A stretch of DNA of 64,000 bases from Neoechinorhynchus agilis (GCA_051530055.1 CM121341.1:1302001-1366000); one strand, 5' to 3'. Shown: positions 37,363 through 50,047, numbered from the stretch's first letter. The notes: a model not told the origin generated them from the letters alone. Numbers and translations are program-made.

Positions 37363-37861
37363 TTAATACAAAATAGGTTCCTGCTTAGTATTAATGGAAA
37401 TGCGACTGTGAGCATTTATCTCTGCTTCTTTTAATCGGCGATATTCGTCGTATATTGGTCTAACGATATGCGTTGATCTCGGGGAATTGGGGCGGCCGTA
37501 CGAGCGTTCAAAATTTACCAGGAGCTCCTTCATTGTTGATCTTGTTCGTCGAATTTGTCCCCTGGACATGCTGTCTACATTACTTGGCTGATACCCAACC
37601 TTAAACCGAAGATTTCAAAGTGCATGTCTACTTTGAAATACGCGATTTACAACGGATTTTAGTCATTTCCGTCGCAATGTTACTCAACCGCTCAGCATCC
37701 GAAGACCATGCCATAATTGCAGAAACTTTGAAATCAATTGCATTGTTAGAGTTCGAATCATCCTCGTTGAAAAAGATAAACTTTTGTACAGCCCGTCGAA
37801 TGGCTTCATGATAAGCTTCATCGAGTGTTTTGTTTGGCATTAAATGACAAAAATCAGACAA
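37363..37861 (-). CDS. FAM13-like C-terminal domain protein (3' exons; 5' end not resolved)
   Basis: SMSRGQI..TMKELLVNFERSYGRP..VRPIYDEYRRLK resembles FAM13 DMTKDQI..LQKALLYYESIHGRP..MKPLYDRYRLVK. A 49-nt GT-AG intron (37631-37583) joins the two ORFs in frame. Confidence 0.55.
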
Positions 37862-38924
37862 TGAAGCTACAAAGATCGATATGGGAATGGAGTGTGGAAA
37901 TATTTTGTGAGTTAAAACGTTTTCTCAATGCACTCCCTAGATAAAAATTAAAATTTGATCTGATAAAAGTCTATATTCGTGATTATTCGACAGCTATGTT
38001 TAAAGTAATAAACATTGTACTGAGGCAACAGTTGGTGCGGCTATTTTTGATGACTTGTTGCCCACGAAATCACATTCCTATTTTGAATGGCACCGTAACC
38101 GGGTCAAATGACACGCTAAAAGAAAGTTTAAGCATACAATAAACTTGGGAAAATCAAGATAAGTAGGAGGTAGTTTCTACATGCAGGCTATTAGCGCGCT
38201 TGTTCAATCAAACCTCAGCAAATATTGCAGTGATTCAAACACAACGCGGATGTATAAGAACTACCAGAGAGAATGCTGCACATAGTTACTTTTATTATAT
38301 TTCGACAAGGAAAGGCTATCACAATATACCGAAATAGGGTTTTTTCTTTGCACAGATCAGCAAAAAATGGCAAGTGTAAAAGATTTCTTCTTATTTTATA
38401 AGCTAATCTTATAAGACATTCTTGAAGAACACAAATTACGCAATCTCAGATTATCACAATATAAGAATCGCTTTTGTTCAGTTTACCCAACATACTCCTT
38501 CGGCCCAGTGGGAAGAGTATATATAGTTTAATTCTTGAAATCCATAAGTAAATTTCTCACCTACGATTTCATTGGAGAGCCATTCGATTTTTAACACAAA
38601 TAAAGAAAATTATGAAATGTATACCTTAAAATGTGTACCTCCATTTTTTGCTCGGTCGACCCTTTTTAAATCTACAAACTCGGTAACTATTACTTAAAGT
38701 ATGAATTTAAATTATAATGTTCTTTTAGGACAATGATTTCAGAAAAGTTTGCAGAGCGAATATTTCCAATAATGGATTTGCAACAAAACTCAGTGACTTT
38801 GGAATAGATAATGCTGTGATATTTCAATAATTAACAAACACGTTCAGATTATTATTTTCAAAATATTTTGTTAATATGGTGGTACTTGGAACCGCACAAG
38901 TATCTTTTAATCGACAGTGACTAA

Positions 38925-40783
38925 TTATCCTTGAAATAACACTTGGTTGATTTCGAGCTCCTTTCTACTTTCCTCAATCAGTTTGGCACCTTCTTTATTA
39001 ATTTGTGCGATTCTATCTTCAACCAATTTTAAGTTTTCACACAGTTGATTATAAGCCTTGACGTCGAAATCCATTTTACCGGAGACCTTGTAGAACTTGC
39101 TGAGGTATATACTTTTGCTTACATTAAAAAAATTGAAATCCTAGAAACAAGGTTGATAGAAACGTTTCTTACATGACAAAAAACAAACCTTATCGCTTAA
39201 AATGAAGAATGCATAATATCCGATAACAGAACTATAGCCGATAAAATAAGTCATCGGTTCCACAATGTCCCATGAATACTCGTACCACGTCCATCGGGCT
39301 AATATACCGATTTGAAAGGCGAGGTATGCGAGTGATGACCATAGGACAGTGCTTAGATGTCGGTCGCACACTGATTCCACCTTTAATTTGACCTAAATAA
39401 TCGATATGTGAGGTACTGGGAATGTGATTGGAATTATTGTTTAGGTCTACACCCGGTAAATAATTTTTGATTAAAAACGTTCTGCAAACCTCGTCTATTA
39501 CTAACTAACAAACTGATGATGAACCCGACGAGGTTTGAAGCATCTTTGATAAATAATATTTTACCGGGTGAAGACTTCTAAACAATAATGCTTCGTTTAA
39601 TATTCCAAGGTTACTGAAAATTTTGTAAGCGAAGAAAAACACCTAACGATCAAAACTTCGAACAATGGACGTTTTTACGGCAAAAGCTCTATAAAGTCAA
39701 GTATTATGGCGGCCTGCTATGGGACAGCAATATAACGACCGCTAAATTAGGAGCAAACGTAAGACCGCGAAGTATCATGAGCTAGCCTCTCAGTTTTTGT
39801 TCCTGCCCTTCGGAGTCGAAACTTACGGGGCATTTGGAAAGGCCGCAGCGGAATTCGCGAGTGAACTGGGGCGACGTATCGCGAGTGTGACGAAGGAGCC
39901 GCAGTCAATCACTTTCTTGCGACAAAACTTGAGTCTGGCGGTCCAGCGTGGGAACGCTGCCAGCGTCCGGATGACATGTAATGGGCCTAATGTAATGTAA
40001 AGAATTTGAAAATTGCATCAATTATTTATGTTTACCGGGGTATATGATTAGAAGTAAATTTTTTATTAAAGACGTTTCGAACTTCGTCGGCTTCATCATC
40101 AGTTTGTTAGTTATAAAAAAGTACGAGGTTCGTAGCGTCTTCAATCAAAAATTATTTAAGCATTTCTATCAATACCTCGTTCAATGGATCCAACTTATTA
40201 AGAAGCTGCGACCTTCTTGATTGCAAATCCTGTAGATTCTGCTCAGAATTCTTTAGTTCTCTGTAGAAATCAATTAAGCGACAACATTTTTCGTCCATTA
40301 AATGTTCCAACTCGTCTTCTAAGCGTTTGTTTTCTACTTTGATAATATTACCATCACTATCATATTTGAACTGATGTTTAATCAGTTCGAATATATTTAA
40401 ACTTCATAGAGAAGAAAATTTGCTTCAGATTACCAATAAGAGTGGAATCATCAAATGGATATATGCCTTACGAATTGAAAACTTTGTGAGTAGGTTTTGT
40501 TAGAGCACTACAAACCTGAATACGTCGGCCCAGAACAGAATTCAACTTTATCCAAATCTGCTGATTTAGATAAAAGTCGATTTTTTAAATCGCGAATCGT
40601 TTCATTGTCCCTGACAGAAACTTCAATTCTATTCCCTTCACTTTTATCTATGATAAACTGATGTTCGTCTTTATTTGGCCCTGTTAATTTACAGGCTGCA
40701 TAAGTGCTAAGTAGACTTTTCAGGCGATTTGATCCAATCAATAATCCACGTTGCCATGATAGCCTTAGCGGTTGTTGAAACAT
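38925..40783 (-). CDS. MCU: Mitochondrial calcium uniporter; exons 40783-40516, 40466-40176 (frame unresolved internally), 39392-39189, 39140-38925
   Basis: Pore motif ILARWTWYEYSWDIVEPMTYFI (cf. WWEYSWDIMEPVTYF); C-terminal FDVKAYNQL (cf. FDLEKYNQL); N-terminal mitochondrial-targeting-like sequence. Confidence 0.85.
39506..39551 (+). ncRNA. Degenerate hammerhead motif (GAAA>GAAG)
   Basis: TAACAAA-CTGATGA-TGAACCCGACGAGGTTT-GAAGCATC-TTTGATA. Confidence 0.45.
39790..40020 (+). mobile_element. CRE-clade 3'-end fragment
   Basis: FLPFGVETYGAFG..FLRQNLSLAVQRGNAASV. Confidence 0.8.
40064..40109 (-). ncRNA. Minimal hammerhead ribozyme motif, sense to MCU pre-mRNA
   Basis: UAACAAA-CUGAUGA-UGAAGCCGACGAAGUUC-GAAAC-GUC-UUUAAUA; core intact, stem I weak. 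Confidence 0.6.
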
Positions 40784-41170
40784 CTTAAAATATTTGATAG
40801 TTTGAACTGCAATAGAATTTGTCGTCCTTGGTTGCGGATATTTTCTCAAAAACAAAGGAGCCCCGGATCGAGCGAAGAGATTGTAAAAGAAGGAAGTACT
40901 AAAACATCAGTAATTCTTAATACAATATGTTCTGACGGCATTGATAAGAAGTCTCATCTAGTGAAAAGTAGCAGAAATTTTACAGAAATCATTCGATTAA
41001 CGTATTCAAAGATCACAAAAACGAAGTAAACTCGTCAAGATTTTTGATTTTGAGAATGGTATGATTTTTACTTTCCATCAGACTTCAAAAATCCTCTGTG
41101 ACCTAAAATAAGAGGATTGAAATTTTTGAATATTTCTAATCGGTATTTCTTTCATCAGTCTATATACTAT

Positions 41171-41344
41171 CTTTTTCTTAGTTATACTATTGCTCGGATT
41201 CAAAATTCACTGAATTATCTCCGATATTTCACGTCGCATAACTGCGACATTTCCTCATCGTTTGTCATTGTTCAACGTGAAATATCGGGGAAATAAATCA
41301 TTGGTGAATTTTTGAATCCGAGCGATGGTATAGCTAAGAAAAAG
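41171..41344. repeat. MITE-like hairpin (~65-bp imperfect terminal inverted repeats)
   Basis: CTTTTTCTTAG..CTCGGATTCAAAA..CCGATATTTCACGT mirrored by ACGTGAAATATCGG..TTTTGAATCCGAG..CTAAGAAAAAG. Confidence 0.7.
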
Positions 41345-41677
41345 AAAGTCTTTTTCCCCGCAAAGATAATAATCCAAGACATTAATCTACGTTCGATCGA
41401 ATTGTTTACACTTTTGGAGATTTGGCTTGAATTGAACTAATAATATTCATGACATTGAATTTTAGATGTTTCAATTGAAAAAGCAATTTTTTTATAAAAG
41501 TGCGCACGAAAAAACCCCCGGTTTAAAATGTTATTAATATAAAACAGGAATTCACTCTGAATACTAATCGATAATTTATTGTTCCTTCCTTTTCTTCGAA
41601 AAAGACTACAGCATGCACACGTCTTCCTCGCTTCTGTATCAAACAACATATAACTGATTTTGCTCCTTACAAGTGAG

Positions 41678-42109
41678 CTAGGATTTAATCCTGATCGGAG
41701 TTGCTTCCGGTCGTGCTCGTCCAATTAAAGCGTGGCCACTAAGACCAAAAACCATAATGACAAGAAATACTGCAGATAAACAGAGCAGGATTACTGGCCA
41801 AACAGCAAGCCACCCTCCCATTAATTCATAGACTTTGCGTTCCATGCACCGACTACCTTTAGAGGCACGAGCATATTCTTGAGGAAAGAAAAATGATGTT
41901 CCTTTGTTGTCTTGTTTAAGTTGATCCGTAGATTGCTGTTTAAACGCTTCGACTGGCTCGGTTTGCTTAGCAGAGGAAGCGACGATTGTAGACTCATTTA
42001 TAATTTGATCGGGTGGAGTCTTTCCTGGTATTTCCTGCTTGCCGGGTACTATGACACCAAAAATGCTTATTGCCAATAGAAAAAGCAGGAAGCGAAGTAT
42101 CTGATACAT
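41678..42109 (-). CDS. Uncharacterised small protein with signal peptide and one C-terminal transmembrane segment
   Basis: ATG directly after TTTTCAG; hydrophobic N-terminus MYQILRFLLFLLAISIFGVIV; TM segment WLAVWPVILLCLSAVFLVIMVFGL. Confidence 0.5.
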   Translation of the reverse strand: MYQILRFLLFLLAISIFGVIVPGKQEIPGKTPPDQIINESTIVASSAKQTEPVEAFKQQSTDQLKQDNKGTSFFFPQEYARASKGSRCMERKVYELMGGWLAVWPVILLCLSAVFLVIMVFGLSGHALIGRARPEATPIRIKS

Positions 42110-42464
42110 CTGAAAAGGAAATAGCTTCACTTTGAAATTAATCTACAGCTCTATTCCACAACATTGTGCCTAAGAAATATTCATTTTTTCACTGTCTTAC
42201 AAAAATTCAATGTTCAACACAAATTGACAAAATTGAGTGATTATGGACGAAAAACCCGAACTGACTATTGCACTACTAAGCTTCCAGAATAGAATAAGAG
42301 TTTTAAGAATAGATTAAGAAAGTCCACATTGTTAATCGCTTTTCCGAAGGCATTAACACAGAATGACAATGTAAATTGCGGCTTTTAAAAAATAATCAGA
42401 AAAATCACTTTCACAAACTGTGTGGCGTTCACTAAACACGTGAAAATTTAAACTATTTCCTCTT

Positions 42465-42690
42465 TGGAGTTGAGACTCTTGGTGCGCTCGGTAGCTCGGC
42501 ACGTAGATTTACGAAGGAGTTATCGAGTAGACTCCAGGCCAAGAGAGGAAATGTGAGAGCTGGTGCCTTCCTGCGCCAAAACATTGGTCTCGCGATAGAA
42601 AAGAGTAAACGCAGCGAGTGTGGTCGCGACCACTGAGGGGGGAGCGATGCTTCTTCGTGGACGGTGGTGATTGTTTAAACGTTTTGTTGT
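42465..42690 (+). mobile_element. CRE-clade 3'-end fragment
   Basis: GVETLGALGSSA..AGAFLRQNIGLA..NAASV..GRW*. Confidence 0.7.
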
Positions 42691-43064
42691 TGTGTGTGTA
42701 AATGAATGAGTTGCTTTCAGAAAAAATTTCTTAACAAAAAATAATAAAAAAAAGGTGCGGCCTTACCATTTGTCGATACAAATCGATAATTATGATGTTG
42801 ATCTCGATAATAGTACATGTTTGGGATTTGTTTTTATGCGTTCTGATCCAAAACACCAAGCACGTAAATGTAAGATATGTGCAAATACTAAGATGAAAAG
42901 GATTTTATATTGCCATCCAGTCCAAAACTTTTGATTTTCTACGATCTCTTGATCTTATGATAGATTGTGATGTAAACGGCGGAAATTCCCATTACCGTGA
43001 AATATATTAGATTTCATTTTCTTTTTTAACTTTTCTAGATTTTACAATAATAAAGTACAAAACG

Positions 43065-43355
43065 TGCAATCACCACCGTCCGCAAAATCTTAGCTTCTCT
43101 CCTTCCTCGGCTGTCGCTATCACGCTGATATTTTGTCTCAGGAATACGCCTGCTCTTGAGTCTCCGGTTGCCTCTCTCAATTTTTTTCGAGAGATCCTGG
43201 AGCAGAGTGCCGAGCTGCCGAGCGCTCCATACGTCTCTACCCCAAAGGGGACAAAATAGTGAGTCCTTGCTAAATCCCTATAATTTCGTACCTTCTTCTC
43301 TTCTGCTGCACCTCTAGCGATTTCGAGAGAGAGTAGGGAATGTTGCTTACTGCGA
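43065..43355 (-). mobile_element. CRE-clade 3'-end fragment (same family as the 15-17 kb and 47-50 kb copies)
   Basis: Shares GGAATACGCCTGCTCTTGAGTCTCCGGTTGCCTCTCTCAA and CCATACGTCTCTACCCCAAAGGG with the long copies. Confidence 0.85.
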
Positions 43356-45043
43356 GTAGTTGCATCAGTTTAAAAGAATTACTAACGAGAATTCAAAGCA
43401 AAAGATTCATATTTTTAATAATTCGTTGAATTGGGGTTGGCGGAATTTGTAAGATCGATTTACAGTTCATCCAAGAGATAAAGAAAACTAGAAGGCTTCT
43501 AAGAAACATAATAGAAAGGGAAGGCGTGGCATAGACTTCCTACAAGGAAAAGAAAATAAGCTTGACAGAAAAGATACGTGTAAACGTCGATTATGAAGAC
43601 AGTGACGTTACCGAAAGTCGGGAAGAAACATAATGTTTTAACATGACAGAAAATTGGTATATTCGGGAGGTATAATATTGTACGCCTTTCTAGAAGGTTA
43701 TTTAAGAGTTTTATCTGGTAAAGGCACAAAATTGTGCCTCCGAAATATTGGAATTTTCCGCCATATAAAAACATTAGAAAAATTCACTTTTCAAACAAGA
43801 GCGCGGCCGACATTTTCCTATTCAAAATGTGATTGGTCCAGTGAAGCATCGCTACGGAGGGAATCGATTGATCATTGGTTAATAACGACGATCACCTTCT
43901 CATTTACGAGAAAAATCCAACAACATCAACGTTATGTAATTGATGGTGCCGTATTGAGCACTTCTGGGATTTGTTTGAAAATTAAATTATTCATGTTTGT
44001 TTATGACGAAAAAAAGAGAGGACCTTGATTAAGGCACGAAATAGTGTCGAAATATCGGATTTAATAAAATGCCTTCAAACAAACACTTCTGGGATATCTG
44101 CATAATTTCAGTGCAATTTCGGAGATTTCAACAGTTTCTATCATATAATCGTCCAAATTTAATGGGTTTGAGACTGTGAAGATTGTCTTTGTTTGCTTTT
44201 TATATGGATTCACAAATCGAACTTATAAGGCCGAATAAGATTATTGTTTGATCGGTGTTAAACTATGAGCATTTCTTAAATATTGTTTCTATATCTGTTC
44301 ATGCAATTAATTCCTCGGAGCGGCAATATCCCTTTCATCATTTCTTTTCGCTCAATGGGCAAAAAAAGTGACTCGTTCGCTCATTGGCTCGATTAGTCAA
44401 GATTGTTTAATGCCTTAAGAAGAATAGATTATTTCGTGAAGATTCTATCTTTTAGTAAACGATTGCGTAAATTTTATTCGTTAAATTTGAATCGCGTGCA
44501 CTTTTTCCATAATTATAAAAGTGCAAAATTTTGTACGAATCTTCGTGAATTTTAACGACTAAATCGCGAATCCAAGAAACTTGGGTACCGAACTTTCGTG
44601 TAAAATGTGTAAGTTGTGAGTTATTTTTGCAATTGGCATGATGACTTATAAATACGGAATGGAAGGTCTTAACTGTGGTCAAGGATCAGAATGTCTTTTA
44701 AATTAGATACAATTTTCAATCCCGTCCACTTGGTAATAAGGTGTCCTCTAACCATCACTAAATTTAGCCGAAGAAACTTTGGCGATCTAGCAGTAAAAAT
44801 AGTGTTCGCTTTTACAAAGTTGCTTTCTGTTGTCTAAATATTTAAGTACGAAACTTTTGAACCATGCTAATTTTTACGAAAGTTATCTTAATTCTGTTTG
44901 CAATACCGACTTTTGATACGCGTACAGATTTGTGAAAATCAGAATTTACGAAATTGCCGGTCTTAAAAAGACTTGTTTTAAACAAAAGTGTAACACTTGA
45001 TTTTTTGACTCCCTTGCTGACGACACTACTCGCAGATTTTTAT

Positions 45044-46048
45044 TTAAATTAAGTCTGTTTGATAGTTAAATTTTCGGTAGTCCCTTGCAATTGTTTCCAA
45101 CGACAATCGAAATCTCCTCTTAAAGTCATTTGTGCTGAGCTCACTCAGTACCACTCGTCCTTGTGCTTTGACACTGTCATTGAGTGGCTTATTTGAAATA
45201 AGTGTTGATTGTCCAAAGTAATCTCCAACACCATACACTCTTTTTTCGGTCATTGAGGCGCCTTTTCTTTTTACTACAACTGATCCAGATTCAACTACAT
45301 AGAGACCGTTTCCAGGAAATCCCCGGATCATAATATACTCATTGTTTTGATAAATTCTTTCCTTCATCATATTAGTAATTAAAAGCCTTTGATCATTGCT
45401 GAGACTTCGCAGAAAGGGAATTTTTGATAGAATCTGCATAAAAAGGTTGCTGCGTCGACACATTGGACCGAGGTGAGCTCTTCGGAAATTCAGCCTATCT
45501 ATTTTCCAAAGTACCCCTTTTGTTAAAGACGTTACCGTCGATTCTCGATTTCCGCTACATAAAAGCGCCATTTCACCGAAGTATCCCTCGTCTTTCAATG
45601 TTTCCTCTAGAACTCCCCGTGAAGTGACTTCAAATGTACCGTTTGCAACCATGAAGAAATCCCGTGCATCCTCATCCCCTTCTTGAAATATGATTTCTCC
45701 TGGAGACGTATCTACACGCACCATTGCACTAACTATTTTGTCCATATCTGTTTGTCGAACTTTATCAAATATATAGACTTCAGATAGTGATTTTTGCATA
45801 TTGTTTTTATCTCTATTGGTCTTTGGATGACACTGCGGCTCAGCGTTGTCGAAATCAGGATTAAACCGGTCGGTGTCACAAATGGTGATCCTTGGAGCGT
45901 ATTCGGTAAGTGGTTTGCCAACTGGAACTTCTACTACGATTTTCACTTCCTCATTACGAAAAATCGATTGAATTTGTCTCTCATTTTCTTCGATCAGTCC
46001 ATTGCACTCGTCTAGAAGATCCGACAAATCCACTCCTTTGTGATTCAT
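45044..46048 (-). CDS. Divergent, intronless PKA type II regulatory subunit-like protein (two cNMP-binding domains)
   Basis: HPKT motif, FNPD, YFGEMALL..R..T..LWKIDRLNFRR resemble RII-alpha HPKT, YNPD, SFGELALM..PRAAT..LWGLDRVTFRR. Confidence 0.75.
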   Translation of the reverse strand: MNHKGVDLSDLLDECNGLIEENERQIQSIFRNEEVKIVVEVPVGKPLTEYAPRITICDTDRFNPDFDNAEPQCHPKTNRDKNNMQKSLSEVYIFDKVRQTDMDKIVSAMVRVDTSPGEIIFQEGDEDARDFFMVANGTFEVTSRGVLEETLKDEGYFGEMALLCSGNRESTVTSLTKGVLWKIDRLNFRRAHLGPMCRRSNLFMQILSKIPFLRSLSNDQRLLITNMMKERIYQNNEYIMIRGFPGNGLYVVESGSVVVKRKGASMTEKRVYGVGDYFGQSTLISNKPLNDSVKAQGRVVLSELSTNDFKRRFRLSLETIARDYRKFNYQTDLI

Positions 46049-46779
46049 TTATTGACGTTTGGAACGAGTCATTTATTCAAATGGTGTTGCCTTAGTATCG
46101 CAATTGTAAAAAATCAATTATTGTTTAGTAGAACCGATTTTTCAGACGAAATATACAATGTTGTCCGACGTCTTGTCGGATATTTTTCTGGTGTAAATTG
46201 AACGAACCTCAATGCATACAAGACCCTAAAAATATAAGGTTTAGATTATCGAGCTGTTGGCAAATAAGGGCTCATAATTGATTGGAATAAAATTTATCAT
46301 TGACGAGTTCCTATTTGCTAGTCAAACTTTTCTTTGTGCAATGCCTTGAAGTGTTTTGATCGACCCGATTAGCCGAAAAATAATCAATGCCGCGGTTGAC
46401 TGATGAAGTATACTATGATTTAAATTAAATCATCCTTTGGAGTGCATTAATAAATATTTTATTCCCTTTTCCTAAAAATAAACCAAGCGTTTCATTATTA
46501 ATGATTTATTTATTTATTAATAAATGAATTAAGAATATAAAAATCTGGCTCGGCTTCTGTTGCTGGCGCATTGCGATATCTACAGTCTTCCATTTGCAAG
46601 TTTTGCACAAATTGGTATTGCTCGAAGCTTTAGCATAATTTTTGACGGATTGTCCCCGTAAGTGATTCGCATATTTGGTACATCAGAGACGATCATCGTT
46701 TTAATGATTGGTTTTCGTTTTGATTTCTCGAGCAATGATGTAATGAGAAAACTTGGATATTTTCAACAAGCTCTGGATC

Positions 46780-47000
46780 ACTCAACTGCTGTCCTTGTGT
46801 AATGGTCGATAGGACGGATACAGCGCTCCCATCCCCATTGCAGTCCAGCCATGGTATCATCAGTGATTCGTCTCAGTCTCTTAGACAATTGATTGACCAG
46901 GTTCTGCGCCGCGGTACCAAAAGATCCGAGTGTTTCGACACCAAATAGAACGAAATGATGATTTCAACCAAATTCCCGGTATTGCCGCTGCTCGGTTTAA
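46780..47000 (-). mobile_element. CRE-clade 3'-end fragment (different subfamily)
   Basis: HHFVLFGVETLGSFGTAAQNLVNQLSKRLRRIT. Confidence 0.6.
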
Positions 47001-47097
47001 CAGCGGCGAATTTTATGTACATTTGTTAAGACTGTAATTTGAAATATATTTATCAGCATATTAAATCCAAGCTCTTAAAAAAACGGAATTCATTGGA

Positions 47098-50047
47098 TTT
47101 TTTTTACAACCAACATAATGTATTTTTAACAATTCAAACAATCTGTTTGAAGCACACTCACCACCTCCCGCCATATTCCAGCTTTTGTCCTTCCTCGACC
47201 GTCGCCATCATGCTGGCAGCATTGCCCCGTTGTACTGCCAGCGAGATATTTTGTCGAAGGAATACGCCTGCTCTTGAGTCTCCGGTTGCCTCTCTCAATT
47301 TCTTCGAGAGATCCTGGAGCAGAGTGCCGAGCTGCCGAGCGCTCCATACGTCTCTACCCCAAAGGGAACAAAATAGTGAGACCTCGATAACTGAATATAT
47401 TTCCGTATTTTCCTCCCCTTCCGCTGCACTGGCGGCACCACCGGCGATTTCGAGGGAGTAGGGGATGTTGCTGGCTGCGAGCGTGTCCACACACGTGGCG
47501 TCCCGGAGAAGGAATTTGCCCTCCCCCCACGGGAAGACCGAAATTCCGTCGGGCCTACGGCCGTCTAGTCGACAAAGGTGGACGGGTTCCAGGATGTTCG
47601 GGAAGTTCGCCGTTCTCAACGCCCGAGAAATTGCGCTATTGATTTCAGAATGGCGTGAGAACCTTCCTTCTGCAGACGAGACCGTGTCGCCCGAAACCCA
47701 CATCGACAGCGATGGGGCGTGTGTATCGGGAGACCAAGTCTTAAGGATACTGCGATCCTCGTTACCTCATCAGTAAGAAGAGTTCCCACTGATGCCAGAG
47801 GAACAGCCTCCAACCACGCCCCAGATTCTCGTGTTGAAACTGCCAACAATCTATCTCGGACGACCCCATCGCGAGAAGCTGAAAGTAGAGAGCTGTGAGG
47901 TCTCGCGACGAGAGGTCTGTTCCAGATCGACTGTCTGAGGCCATTCACGGGAACATGGTTAGCGCCTGTCTGCTGGCACCATTCCTAAACCGCCACCATG
48001 AAATCCAGGTCAAGACAGAACTTTTCCTTCAAAATTTTCTTCGATACTGGTAGGCTCCCCTCAAACGATCCAAGAAAGGCTGGCAAAGCAAGGTCCACTA
48101 GTGCCCGAATCCCCAATCCCCCAGAAGACACAGGCAAAGAAGCTTGTCGCCACGCCTCATCTGAGAGCTGGACATTTAAAATACGACCGAGACAAGCCCT
48201 CACCTTGCCGTCGAGCTTAGCCAATCCTTTTTTGTGTTTGAAAATTGTTGTTGTGCGAACCTTGTACAATAATTTGGGGATGAAGAGCGCGTTCTTTATG
48301 AGAAACAAGGCTTCATGAGCCGAGAGAGCACTCACCCTATCGCACAGCAACGAAAGTTTCGGTATGATATGGCCGATCTCATCTTCCACATTTGAATCGA
48401 AGACGCAACTGCCCAGGAGGCTGAGTTGCTCCCGAGTCACGAGTTTCAGGCCTGGAGCTACGGCCTCGAACCCAGCCATTAGTTCTTTGACTTTGGCGGC
48501 GTCTCCAATATTCAATACAAGGAGCACACATTTTCCAACATTGAGCTCCATCTTCGAGGTCTACCTAATCAGCGTCTCCAAATCGCGCAATACAACGGAG
48601 GGATCACCTCCCAGTTTAGCGTCAACCAAGTACCAAGCGTTGAAGCTGAAATGGAGAGAGTGCGCTATTGGATTTACTGTTAGTGAGAATGGGATTGGAC
48701 CGAGGGGATCTCCTTGCTGCACTCCTATTTCGGACCAAATGAGGTGGTCTTCGAAAAGCAAAGGAGTCGCCGTCCCGTAGGCATTGAGAAAATACTGGAA
48801 GGGTTCTGGGCATGATCCCTAATAGCGCAGAACGCGTTTTCTCTATTGAGAGAGTTAAAGGCGTTCCGAAAATCACACTTAAGAATCACGCACGGCTCTG
48901 AGCTTCTCGTAGCAAAGTTTAGGAGCGCGTGGACAATAGCTTCCGCCCCACAGGATGTGCAGCAGCCCAGTTGGACTGGACGAAGTTGCTGGCCGGTTTT
49001 CTCTGTAATACGTTTGCAGAGAATCTTTCCTGCGAATCGGCGTATCGTCGAAGATACGGCGATGGGACGGATCCCACCTTCTTTTTTTGTGAGCGCACAC
49101 AATGAGGCTCCGAAAAATAGGTCCTTTGCAACGGGGTTCAGGTCCTCTCCAGTCAGGCGGTCGACTATTCGAGAAAGCGCACTTTCTAGAGAGAGCTGCT
49201 TCACCAGTTGAAAAGGACATCATGTCCTTTAGGTGCTGAGGCCTTAGTCCGTCAAGCCCGTGACCCGAACCATTTGCAAAAGATGAGATGGCCTTTTGTA
49301 ACTCTGAAATTTGAGTGGGCGTCCTGTCTTGTATGGGAGGAGATCTAATTTCAAAACTTCCGTTACTACATGGGTGCTTCGACCGGAGTATTTGTAGCTT
49401 CTCGCTGTCTCCTTTTGCGAAACTGTCAGAGGTTGACGAACATTTCGGTCCGCAAGCTTCGAAGAGACATGTTCAGTCAATGATCGCTTTGAAAAACGGC
49501 AGCGAAACTCTTCCTTCGTGCGTCCCTTACGAACCTCGCGGATATTCCTTTCAAAATCGCTAAATATTTGTTCAAAGGAGGCTAACCTTTCCTTGATTGT
49601 TGATGTCAAAGACACCCCAGAATCACCGCTGGTGCAGAGGACTAAGCGCGGGAAAGCGAAGAGCTGCGTCCATGATGGCGTACAGTTCTTTTGAAGGCAA
49701 TCGTTGAGCAATCCCGTAAATGCTTTGGCGACCAGATATCGCGCGCCTTTAGGGATCCGTTTCAGGACGTTCCTGGGCAGAAACCGCACGATATCAGGTA
49801 TCGAAATAGAATCAGTGGTGATCTGAGGGTTTGCGTCAGCAGCGTCGATTGTAGGCGACTTGAACACATTGTGACGTAATTTGGAATTTCGGCAAAACCT
49901 ATCCGATGCTGAGACCATCCTGAGCCTTCTTGGAGGTACAGGGCTGGGAGATGAATCTGATCCGTCGCTATATCCATCGTCTGATTTCCTCATTTTCGTT
50001 CCGTCAATTTCCATTGTTTCGCAGGATTTCTGAATTTTAGTCGAGTT
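47098..50047 (-). mobile_element. Longer CRE-clade retrotransposon copy, frameshifted; possible TSD AAAATCCAA
   Basis: Same RT and RLE motifs as 14971-17665 at high nucleotide similarity; extra N-terminal ORF from 50014; TTGGATTTT at 47093-47101 and 50048-50056. Confidence 0.88.

Larger units (their letters stand above)
39451..40160. mobile_element. Two inverted ~100-120-bp hammerhead-containing repeats enclosing a CRE 3' fragment, inside an MCU intron
   Basis: 39458-39555 is an approximate reverse complement of 40062-40158 (~80% by eye); each has CTGATGA..stem II..GAA. Confidence 0.7.

Noticed and set aside
37990-38300. RhoGAP exons of the FAM13-like gene
   Set aside because: Only LQYLLRF is suggestive, and all frames are interrupted by stops.
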